A stretch of 50,548 nucleotides of DNA from Alphaproteobacteria bacterium (GTDB lineage Bacteria > Pseudomonadota > Alphaproteobacteria > UBA6615), in assembly GCA_965261975.1 (NCBI GenBank), contig CBDHEC010000019.1, positions 1 through 50,548 of the forward strand, in the 5' to 3' direction. Positions 42,407 to 50,548 of the stretch are shown in pieces; position 1 is the first letter of the stretch; the number at the start of each line of letters is the position of its first letter. The translations under genes and the position numbers were made by a program. Under the pieces are notes generated by a model, which saw nothing but the letters and a program-made list of their open reading frames with translations, did not search any database and was not told the origin of the DNA.

Positions 42407-42460
42407 TTGACGAGTCAAAAGAACATCACTAGAACATGCGTCGATGTTTGCGGTTTGTTC
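42407..42460 (+). promoter_or_regulatory. lexA promoter with alphaproteobacterial SOS boxes
   Basis: GAAC-ATCACTA-GAAC at 42421-42435 is an exact GAAC-N7-GAAC and overlaps TTGACG-N17-TAGAAC. A second near-box GTTT-N7-GTTC lies at 42446-42460. Confidence 0.85.
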
Positions 42461-42529
42461 CATATCTTGTGGTACTGCCGCATTTGGAAATCGTCCTGAA
42501 TCGGACCGGGTTACGGGGGCCCAGACACC

Positions 42530-43279
42530 ATGTTGACGCGCAAACAGCACCAGCTTCTCACCTTCATCAACGAACGGCTCAACGAGACCGGCGTGGCGCC
42601 CTCGTTCGACGAAATGAAGGATGCCCTCGGGCTCAAGTCCAAGTCGGGTATTCACCGGCTGATCACCGGGCTGGAGGAGCGCGGGTTCATCCGCCGCCTC
42701 GCCCACCGGGCCCGTGCGCTGGAGGTCCTGCGGCTTCCCGATGAGAGCGGTGTCGGCGCACAGGCAAACCAGTCCGGCCAGAACGCCGCATTTTCACCAC
42801 AGGTCATCGAGGGTGGCCGGGATACCGATTCCGAGCCGGTGATCGCGCCTTCGGAAATGACCGGCCCGGCGGCATCGGAGGCCGCGTCGGGCGGCGGCGA
42901 AATCGAGCTGCCGTTCCTGGGCAAGATCGCCGCGGGTACGCCCATCGAGGCGCTGCGCGACCCGACCCGCCACATCGGCGTGCCGCCCTCCATGCTCGGG
43001 CGCGGCAACCACTACTGCCTCGAGGTCGAAGGCGATTCGATGATCGATGCCGGCATCCTCGATGGCGACACGGTTCTTATCCGTCGTACCGACACCGCCG
43101 ATAACGGTTCGATCGTGGTGGCGCTCGTCGACGGCCAGGAAGTCACGCTGAAGCGGCTGCGCCGGCGCAACGACTCCGTCGCGCTCGAAGCCGCCAACCC
43201 GGCCTATGAAACCCGCATCTTCGGCCCGGACCAGGTCGCGGTGCAGGGCGAACTCGTCGGGCTGCTCCGCCAGTACTAG
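42530..43279 (+). CDS. lexA: SOS repressor LexA
   Basis: MLTRKQ, PSFDEM...[10 protein letters not shown], cleavage site IAAG, catalytic GDSM and TLKR. Confidence 0.98.
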   Translation: MLTRKQHQLLTFINERLNETGVAPSFDEMKDALGLKSKSGIHRLITGLEERGFIRRLAHRARALEVLRLPDESGVGAQANQSGQNAAFSPQVIEGGRDTDSEPVIAPSEMTGPAASEAASGGGEIELPFLGKIAAGTPIEALRDPTRHIGVPPSMLGRGNHYCLEVEGDSMIDAGILDGDTVLIRRTDTADNGSIVVALVDGQEVTLKRLRRRNDSVALEAANPAYETRIFGPDQVAVQGELVGLLRQY

Positions 43280-45417
43280 TTCCGCGTTTTTGGGGTCGGT
43301 AGCTGGGTTCCCCGCATCCAGGGGCGACCCGGATCGCGTTCGCGCGCGCGCCAGACCGTGATCGGCCGCTTGTCGTCGGGTAACCAGACCGCATGGGCAC
43401 CTGATCGCCAGACGTCAAACCGCCCTATGGCCACAGCCGGCCCATTCGCCCCCCGGCAGATTCTCGGGATCGGCTCACGCGAGACCAGGATGTCCGCCCG
43501 GCGGCATTCCTCGGCGAACCCAAGCGGATTCTCGACAACAGACACCACCTGCCCACCGAAGCGGCCGGTACAACCAAGCCCGTCGCAATCCAGGCCACCG
43601 CCGCCGAAGGTCGTGAACTCTTCGATACCCAGACGACGCTGCCAGACACCCTGCACGAAGGGTGATGCATGGGGATTAGAGAGCTGCATGACGCCGTCGC
43701 TCGTCCGCACGGCGATCAGGCTGGCGTTCGCGGAGATGAGAATATCCGGCGGGTCGTCACCACCCGCCGTGGCCAACCCGGCGGCGATCAACGGGATCCC
43801 CGCATAGCGCCAGCCGCGACGCCATAGACACAACCAAAGACCGCCGAACGCCGCGAGGATCATGCCAGCGACCGTCGGCTGTACCAGCGTGATGGCCGCG
43901 CCGGGCCATGACGCCACGGTTCGCGCAATCCACAGGACGGCCTCCACCCCCCAGCCGAGCACCGGCAACACCACGCCCTCCAGCCCCAACGGCATGAGCA
44001 GCAGGGCCAGCACCTCCAGCGGCATGACCCAGAGCGCGGTGATCGGCACCGCCAGCAGATTGGCCGCCAGGCCCATGGGGGCAAACCGGTTGAAATGGAA
44101 CACCGCGAACGGTGCCGTCGCTAGGCTCGCGATCAGCGAACTGAAGGCGATCGCGGCGAAATACATCAAGATGCGTCGTTGCCAGGAACTGATGGCAGCC
44201 GCGCTCCTGAAACGACCAGCCAGGCCTTCATAGGCCGCCACGAGTGCGATGACGGCCGCAAACGACATCTGGAAGCTGACGCTCAGCAGGGCCTCGGGGC
44301 GCAACAGCAGGATGATCAGCGCAGCCCACGCCACCAGCCGCAGAGAAATGCCCGTGCGATTGACCAGGATGGCCACGAGCACGATCGCCGTCATCACGAA
44401 AGCGCGCTGGGTCGGGATCGTCGCCCCGGCCAGCAGGAGATAAACTGCCGCCGCAGCGAGCGCCGTAACGGCCGCGATCTTCTTGAGGGGCCAGCCCAGT
44501 GCCGCACGGGGCCAGAGCGCCAGGCCGCCACGGACCAACGCGAACACAAACCCGGCCACGAGACCGAGATGCAGGCCCGAAATCGCCAGCAGGTGCGCGA
44601 GGCCGGAATCCCGCATTTCCGCGCGGACACTCTCAGGGATACCGCCGCGCTGTCCCGTCGCCAGCGCCGCGGCCACGCCGCCTGCGGCCCCGCCGATACC
44701 GTCGGCGATGCGCGTCGCGATGCCCACCCGTGCGCGCTCGATGGCCGATCTGAACCCGGCAATCGGCCCGTCGCTGGATATCCCCGGCGATATGCCTGCC
44801 GGTGCGATGGCGAAACCGACCGCACCGATCTGGCGAAACCAGGCCACGCGGGAAAAATCATACCCACCGGAATATGACGCGTCGGGCGGCGGTGATAGTC
44901 GCGCGCGGACCCGCAATTGATCCCCCGGCCTGACCCCTGCATCGAGTGCCCTTAACCGAAGCCGTACGCGGTCTGGCGCAGGCGTCTCGGCACTGGTTAA
45001 ACCAACCCGGTCAAGTACCACCCGGGGGCCGCGCGGGGCCGGCTCCACCGTGACCACCCGCCCGGTCAGGACTGTCGTGAGTTGCGCTTCCGCGAGGACC
45101 GGCGAGGCGGCCTCGTGGGTCCGCCACTGTGCGGCCGTGAAACCCAAGGCCGCGAACAGGATCACGACCAACAGGAGCCGCTGGGACGTGCCGCGCCACC
45201 GCATGGCCAGGCCGGCGAGCGGGGCGAGCCCGGTTAGCGGCCCGACAAACCAGGCGGGCTCCGCAGGCAGCGCGAAATAAACCGAAATGCCGATCCCGAG
45301 TGCGACCGGCAACCACAACACCCAGCGCTCCCGCTCGGCGAGAAATGCCGACCAGAACCGGTCTCGCAACCCTGACAACGAACCAAAGGATGCGACATAT
45401 GTCACAGCATGGCGCAT
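43276..45417 (-). CDS. comEC: ComEC/Rec2 competence membrane channel
   Basis: Motifs [28 protein letters not shown] and ANLLAVP; N-terminal OB region; no beta-lactamase domain seen. Start is uncertain. Confidence 0.9.
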   Translation of the reverse strand: MRHAVTYVASFGSLSGLRDRFWSAFLAERERWVLWLPVALGIGISVYFALPAEPAWFVGPLTGLAPLAGLAMRWRGTSQRLLLVVILFAALGFTAAQWRTHEAASPVLAEAQLTTVLTGRVVTVEPAPRGPRVVLDRVGLTSAETPAPDRVRLRLRALDAGVRPGDQLRVRARLSPPPDASYSGGYDFSRVAWFRQIGAVGFAIAPAGISPGISSDGPIAGFRSAIERARVGIATRIADGIGGAAGGVAAALATGQRGGIPESVRAEMRDSGLAHLLAISGLHLGLVAGFVFALVRGGLALWPRAALGWPLKKIAAVTALAAAAVYLLLAGATIPTQRAFVMTAIVLVAILVNRTGISLRLVAWAALIILLLRPEALLSVSFQMSFAAVIALVAAYEGLAGRFRSAAAISSWQRRILMYFAAIAFSSLIASLATAPFAVFHFNRFAPMGLAANLLAVPITALWVMPLEVLALLLMPLGLEGVVLPVLGWGVEAVLWIARTVASWPGAAITLVQPTVAGMILAAFGGLWLCLWRRGWRYAGIPLIAAGLATAGGDDPPDILISANASLIAVRTSDGVMQLSNPHASPFVQGVWQRRLGIEEFTTFGGGGLDCDGLGCTGRFGGQVVSVVENPLGFAEECRRADILVSREPIPRICRGANGPAVAIGRFDVWRSGAHAVWLPDDKRPITVWRARERDPGRPWMRGTQLPTPKTRN

Positions 45418-45536
45418 GGTCTTTCCGCGCAGCGTCCCCCGCGATGAGGTCGGCGTCAACCGCGGGCATCTTGACCTGCAGGCTCCACACGGCCATACGA
45501 ACGGCAGATTTCCCAATCCCATAGAGCCAGCCGCCC

Positions 45537-46940
45537 ATGTCCGTCGTCACTCGCTTCGCCCCCTCACCCACCGGTTTCCTGCATATCGGTGGGGCGCGGA
45601 CGGCGCTGTTCAACTATCTGTTCGCCAAACATCACGGCGGCAAGTTCCTGCTCCGGGTCGAGGACACGGACCGCAAACGCTCCACGCAAGAGGCCATTCA
45701 GGCCATTCTCCACGGCATGACATGGCTGGCGCTCGACTGGGACGGCGCGGAGACCTACCAATCCCAAAGCGCGGACCGGCACCGCGAGGTGGCGGAGAAG
45801 CTGGTCGCCGACGGCAAGGCCTATCGTTGCTATTGCACCCCCGAAGAACTCGCCGAAATGCGCGAAAACGCCAAGAATTCGGGTGGCGGCACCCGCGTCT
45901 ACGACGGCCGCTGGCGCGACCGCGACCCGTCCGAGGCGCCGGCGGGTGTCGATCCGGTCATCCGCATCAAGATGCCCCAGGAAGGCGAGACCACCATTTC
46001 CGACCTGGTCCAGGGCGACGTCACAAAGGCCAACGACACCCTGGACGACTTCATCATCCTGCGCTCCGACGGCACGCCGACCTATATGCTCGCCGTCGTG
46101 GTCGACGATCATGACATGGGCGTCACCCACGCGATCCGCGGCGACGACCACCTTAACAACGCGTTCCGACAGTTGCAGCTTTTCGAGGCCTGCGGCTGGG
46201 ATGTGCCCGAGTTCGCGCATATTCCACTGATTCACGGGGCCGACGGCGCCAAACTCTCCAAGCGCCACGGCGCATTGGGGGTCCAGGCCTACGAGGAGAT
46301 GGGCATCCTGCCCGAGGCCATGTGCAACTACCTGCTGCGCCTCGGCTGGTCGCACGGCGACGATGAGACCATTTCCCGCGAACAGGCCATCGAATGGTTC
46401 GATCTCGACAGCGTCGGACGGTCGCCGGCACGATTCGATATGGACAAGTTGCTCAACCTCAACGCCCAGTACATAAAATCCGCAGATCCTGCGAAATTGG
46501 CCGCCGGTGTGCTGGCTGATGCCGCCGCCGCCGGAATAACTGTTTCTCCCGATGCCGAGAAAAGAATTGTTGCCGGCATGCCGGGACTCGCATCGCGCGC
46601 GAAGAATACCCATGAACTATTTGATTTATCACAACTTTATCTCGTCGACGCCCCGATCGAGATGAACGAGAAGGCAAGCGACAATCTCGCCGACCCCGAA
46701 GCCCGACAAACCCTCGGCGAACTTGCCGATTTGCTCAGAAAAGCTACATCATGGGGTGAAGACGAACTCGATGGAATTGCTCGGAAATACGCGGAATCCA
46801 AGGGTTTGAAGCTCGGCAAGGTGGCCCAGCCCCTGCGTTCGGCGTTAACCGGAAGTAATGTCTCGCCGAGTATCTTCGAGGTCATGGCGGTGCTCGGCCG
46901 GGATGAAACCCTGGCCAGGCTCGACAACGCCGCGGAATAG
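45537..46940 (+). CDS. gltX: Glutamate--tRNA ligase
   Basis: [14 protein letters not shown] (HIGH), KLSKR (KMSKS), RGDDH and anticodon domain QPLR.ALTG. Confidence 0.97.
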   Translation: MSVVTRFAPSPTGFLHIGGARTALFNYLFAKHHGGKFLLRVEDTDRKRSTQEAIQAILHGMTWLALDWDGAETYQSQSADRHREVAEKLVADGKAYRCYCTPEELAEMRENAKNSGGGTRVYDGRWRDRDPSEAPAGVDPVIRIKMPQEGETTISDLVQGDVTKANDTLDDFIILRSDGTPTYMLAVVVDDHDMGVTHAIRGDDHLNNAFRQLQLFEACGWDVPEFAHIPLIHGADGAKLSKRHGALGVQAYEEMGILPEAMCNYLLRLGWSHGDDETISREQAIEWFDLDSVGRSPARFDMDKLLNLNAQYIKSADPAKLAAGVLADAAAAGITVSPDAEKRIVAGMPGLASRAKNTHELFDLSQLYLVDAPIEMNEKASDNLADPEARQTLGELADLLRKATSWGEDELDGIARKYAESKGLKLGKVAQPLRSALTGSNVSPSIFEVMAVLGRDETLARLDNAAE

Positions 46941-46972
46941 GTCTCACGACGTGAAACCGGCGGCCTGCAATA

Positions 46973-47001
46973 TTGCCCAATGGCCCCTCGCCGACTAGAG
47001 T
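46973..47001 (+). promoter_or_regulatory. Putative sigma70 promoter of gltA
   Basis: TTGCCC-N17-TAGAGT; a leader hairpin ATGCC-GAAC-GGCAT precedes the SD. Confidence 0.5.
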
Positions 47002-47075
47002 GCGGCGCAACATAAGTCTGGATCGCCGGATATGCCGAACGGCATGTCATGGGCGAATTTTTGGTGGAGAGTTAT

Positions 47076-48377
47076 ATGAGTGACGCGAAAGTCGTAGATA
47101 CCGCGACCCTGACCATCGGCGACAAAACTGTCGAATTGCCAATCCTTGAAGGCACGGAAGGCCCCCGCGTCATCGACGTCCGCAAGCTTTACGCCGAAAC
47201 GGACATGTTTACCTACGATCCGTCCTACACATCGACGGCGAGCTGCGATTCCTCACTGACCTATATCGATGGCGAGGAAGGCATTCTGCGCCACGGTGGC
47301 TACTCGATCGAGGCGCTGACAGAGAACAGCTCCTTCCTCGAACTCTGCTATCTCCTGCTGCACAAGGAACTGCCGAACCAGGCAGAGATGACCGAGTTCG
47401 AGACGACGATTACCAACCACACGATGATTCACGAGCAGCTGCGCAACCTGTACAGCGGTTTCCGGCGCGATGCCCACCCGATGGCCGTGATGATCGGCGT
47501 CGTCGGCGCCATGTCGGCCTTCTATCACGACTCCACAGACATCAATGATCCGCAGCAGCGCCTGATCGCGTCCCACCGGTTGATCGCGAAGATGCCGACG
47601 ATTGCCGCCTGGGCCTACAAGTACACGGTCGGCCAGCCTTTCGTGTATCCCGACAACAGCCTGAGCTACGCCGAGAATTTCCTGCACATGACGTTTTCGG
47701 TACCGGCGGAAGAATACAAGCCAAGCCCGGCGATCGTGCGCGCGATGGACAAGATTTTCATCCTGCATGCCGATCATGAGCAGAACGCCTCGACCTCGAC
47801 GGTCCGCCTGGCGGGCTCCTCGGGCGCCAACCCGTTCGCCTGCATTGCCTCGGGCATCGCGACCCTGTGGGGGCCGGCCCATGGCGGCGCCAACCAGGCC
47901 GTGCTGGAGATGCTCGCGCAGATCGGCGACAAGAAGAACATCCCCGAATTCCTCGAGCGGGCGAAAAACCCCGACGATCCGTTCCGCCTGATGGGCTTTG
48001 GTCACCGGGTCTACAAGAATTACGACCCGCGCGCCGGCGTGCTCAAGGCCTCGGCCGACGAAGTCCTTGCGGAAGTGGGTGCGGAGAACGACCCGCTGCT
48101 CGAGCTCGCGATGGAACTCGAGCGGATCGCCCTGGAAGACGACTACTTCGTCGAGCGCAAGCTGTTCCCGAATGTCGACTTCTACTCGGGCACCATTTTC
48201 AAGGCGATCGGCTTCCCGACCAGCATGTTCACCGTGCTGTTCGCCCTGGCGCGTACCGTCGGCTGGATCGCCCAGTGGAAAGAGATGATCGAGGATCCGG
48301 GCCAGCGCATCGGCCGCCCGCGGCAGCTTTTCACTGGCCCGACCGAGCGCGAGTACCCGCCCATCGACAAGCGCTAG
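47076..48377 (+). CDS. gltA: Type II citrate synthase
   Basis: Motifs [30 protein letters not shown] and PNVDFYSG; SD GGAGA before ATG 47076. Confidence 0.98.
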   Translation: MSDAKVVDTATLTIGDKTVELPILEGTEGPRVIDVRKLYAETDMFTYDPSYTSTASCDSSLTYIDGEEGILRHGGYSIEALTENSSFLELCYLLLHKELPNQAEMTEFETTITNHTMIHEQLRNLYSGFRRDAHPMAVMIGVVGAMSAFYHDSTDINDPQQRLIASHRLIAKMPTIAAWAYKYTVGQPFVYPDNSLSYAENFLHMTFSVPAEEYKPSPAIVRAMDKIFILHADHEQNASTSTVRLAGSSGANPFACIASGIATLWGPAHGGANQAVLEMLAQIGDKKNIPEFLERAKNPDDPFRLMGFGHRVYKNYDPRAGVLKASADEVLAEVGAENDPLLELAMELERIALEDDYFVERKLFPNVDFYSGTIFKAIGFPTSMFTVLFALARTVGWIAQWKEMIEDPGQRIGRPRQLFTGPTEREYPPIDKR

Positions 48378-48425
48378 TCACAACGATTTCGAATTGTGCG
48401 GCGGCCGGCCGTTTGCTTTTGGGGC

Positions 48426-48917
48426 CTACTCGTCGAAGGACGAACCATCCTTGCGCAGGAAGTTGGGCTTGCCGTCACGCACGGCATTGGACATGTCGAT
48501 GTCCGGATAGGTCACGTCTTCGGAACGGGGCCTGTCGCCGACCTCCATCGCCAGCACGTCGGTGTCAGTGCGGTTAGCAAGCGTATGGCCGTTGGGATTG
48601 CCCGCCGGGAATCCTGCAGCCATGCCCGCGGAGAGGGTCGTCTCCCCCTCATCGGTCACCAGGGTCGCCTCGCCCTCGAGGATATAGACGAACTCGTCCT
48701 GTTCCGAATGCCAGTGGCGCGCCGACGATTGGGCCCCGGGCTCGATGCGCACGATGTTCACCCCGAACTTCGTGAGACCAAGCGCAGGTGACAGCCGCGA
48801 ACGATGCCGTCCCTTCACCTGTGCGTCGAAGGGCGGCGGATACGGCGTGCCAGATTCCACCGGAAGCGTCGCCGGATCGACGATCAGTTCGTTTGCAGTG
48901 CGCTTGTCGTCGACCAT
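48426..48917 (-). CDS. Cupin domain protein
   Basis: Cupin metal motifs FGVN...EPG..SS.RHWHSEQDEFVYILEG and GFPAG...GH.L.N. Confidence 0.88.
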   Translation of the reverse strand: MVDDKRTANELIVDPATLPVESGTPYPPPFDAQVKGRHRSRLSPALGLTKFGVNIVRIEPGAQSSARHWHSEQDEFVYILEGEATLVTDEGETTLSAGMAAGFPAGNPNGHTLANRTDTDVLAMEVGDRPRSEDVTYPDIDMSNAVRDGKPNFLRKDGSSFDE

Positions 48918-48921
48918 GGAC

Positions 48922-49326
48922 CTACCCCTGCTCGATCAGTTCGATCTTGTACCCGTCGGGATCCTCGATGAACGCGATCACCGTCGTGCCATGCTTCATC
49001 GGGCCGGGCTTGCGGGGAATGCTCACCCCCTCGGCCTCCAGCGCCTCGCAGGTCGCGTAGATATCGGGCACGCCGACCGCGAGATGACCAAAGCCGGAAC
49101 CGTGTGAATAGGGCTCGTCCTGATCCCAGTTGTAGGTCAGCTCGATGACCGCCTCGCTACTCTCGTCGCCATAGCCGATGAAAGTGTTGGTGAAGCGGCC
49201 GCCTTCGAACTCCTTCTGGCGAATGACCTTCATGCCGAGATGACGGGTATAGAAGTCGATCGATTTATCCTGATCCTTGACCCGGATCATGGTGTGAAGA
49301 AGTCGATACGCGTCGGTCCCGGCCAT
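48922..49326 (-). CDS. gloA: Lactoylglutathione lyase (glyoxalase I)
   Basis: Motifs LLHTMIRV, IELTYNWD, GFGHLA, PGPMKHG and DPDGYKIELI. Confidence 0.95.
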   Translation of the reverse strand: MAGTDAYRLLHTMIRVKDQDKSIDFYTRHLGMKVIRQKEFEGGRFTNTFIGYGDESSEAVIELTYNWDQDEPYSHGSGFGHLAVGVPDIYATCEALEAEGVSIPRKPGPMKHGTTVIAFIEDPDGYKIELIEQG

Positions 49327-49367
49327 GGCGGCCCCCTTTTCTATGCGGAAATCATGGTTGTCCGGTT

Positions 49368-50548
49368 TTACCGGTTGCGATGGGCCGCGACAATATCGAG
49401 TACGGCACGGGCCGCGCGCGCGCTGGGCCGCTCACCACCAGGCTCCATGCCGCGCGAAATATCGCGCGCCTCTCCACCGACCTCCGCCCGGCGTTGCGGG
49501 TTCGAGATCAGCTCACGCAGCGCATCAGCGATCAGTTCCGGCCGGCAGCGTGCCTGCAGGAATTCCGACAACACCTCCCGCCCGGCGACGATATTGACGA
49601 TCGAGGCAAATTTGACCCGGATCATCCGCCGGGCGATCTCCCCGGTCAGCCAGGGCACCCGGTACATGACAATCGTCGGGACCGCCGCCCATGACAGCTC
49701 GAGTGTGACCGTTCCCGACGCCGCGAGCGCCAGATCGGCGGCTGCAAACGCGTCGTAGCGTTCCGTGCCGCCATCGACCACCGCGACTGGCCAGGGCCAG
49801 GCGGCAACCTCCTTTTCAACCAGCCCCCGCACATTCCTTGCCGCCGGCATGACGAGCGCGACATCCGAGCGGCCGGGCATCACCCGCTCCAGGGTCTCAC
49901 GTGCGATCGGCAACAAGCGGGTTACTTCACCCTGGCGGCTTCCCGGTAAAACACACAGCAACGTCGATTGCGTCCGAATGCCGTGTCGCGCCCGAAACGC
50001 CGCGCCATCACCGGCATCGACATCGCCCTCGGCGACCGGATGGCCGACAAATGTACTGGCCAGCCCTGCCGTATCGAACAGCGGCACTTCGAAGGGAAAC
50101 AGTGCCAGGAGATGGTCGAAATGTTTTCTGAACTTCCGCACCCGGCCCGCGCGCCATGCCCAGATCGTCGGCGCCACATAATGCACACGGGGGCAATCGT
50201 GCGACCGCAACCGACGAATTACGCCAAACACAAAACCGGGTGAATCAATCGTCACGATGACGTCGGGCTTAAGCCGTTCGACGTCGTCCGCTACAAGGCG
50301 CATCCGGCGCAACAACCGGGGCACGCTCGGCAGCACCTCGAACAGGCCCATGATCGCCAGTTCGCCATATGCGAACAGGCTCTTGAGCCCGGCGGCCTCC
50401 ATTTCCGGCCCGCCAACGCCGGAGACGCGAAGATTGGAGACTGGCGCTGCACGCAACGCCTCGATCAGGCGACCACCAATGACATCGCCGGACGGTTCAC
50501 CCGCGATGAGATAAATGTGTAGGCCATCTGTCGGCCCGTCCGCCCCGA
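49368..50548 (-). CDS. lpxB: Lipid-A-disaccharide synthase LpxB (5' end outside the window)
   Basis: The frame is open to the window edge: IYLIAGEPSGD, IDSPGF, YVAPTIWAWR, FVGHP, LPGSR..E and ASGTVTLE. Confidence 0.95.
   Translation of the reverse strand, partial: GADGPTDGLHIYLIAGEPSGDVIGGRLIEALRAAPVSNLRVSGVGGPEMEAAGLKSLFAYGELAIMGLFEVLPSVPRLLRRMRLVADDVERLKPDVIVTIDSPGFVFGVIRRLRSHDCPRVHYVAPTIWAWRAGRVRKFRKHFDHLLALFPFEVPLFDTAGLASTFVGHPVAEGDVDAGDGAAFRARHGIRTQSTLLCVLPGSRQGEVTRLLPIARETLERVMPGRSDVALVMPAARNVRGLVEKEVAAWPWPVAVVDGGTERYDAFAAADLALAASGTVTLELSWAAVPTIVMYRVPWLTGEIARRMIRVKFASIVNIVAGREVLSEFLQARCRPELIADALRELISNPQRRAEVGGEARDISRGMEPGGERPSARAARAVLDIVAAHRNR

Overview
This is a high-GC alphaproteobacterial (Rhodospirillales-like) core chromosome segment with about 48 protein genes and no recognisable rRNA, tRNA, CRISPR array, IS element or prophage. 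It contains the conserved blocks dusB-ntrB-ntrC-ntrY-ntrX-trkA-dat-hfq-hflX, ispDF-pgpA-cinA, pyrG-kdsA-eno-ftsB-pdhABC-lpdA-lipA-ratA, tpiA-secG, ppiD-trpE-(insert)-trpGDC-moaC-moeA-lexA, comEC, gltX-gltA and lpxB (partial)-gloA-cupin. Two genes in the first 3.8 kb, a TPR-sulfotransferase and an inositol monophosphatase, are broken by five frameshifts, mostly +1 bases in C/G runs, which probably reflects sequencing error. I cannot support a large novel multi-gene system here. The best leads are small: a darcynin-like gene with a divergent methyltransferase inside the trp cluster; a 56-aa AtpZ-like membrane microprotein between eno and ftsB; a structured pdhB-pdhC spacer that is stop-free in the pdhB frame; sharp AT3-rich codon patches inside eno and gltX; unusually heavy TAG stop usage (25 of 48 genes by my count); and several readable regulatory sites (LexA, NtrC, GANTC/GcrA, DnaA-like). 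All family calls come from motif recognition, not database searches.
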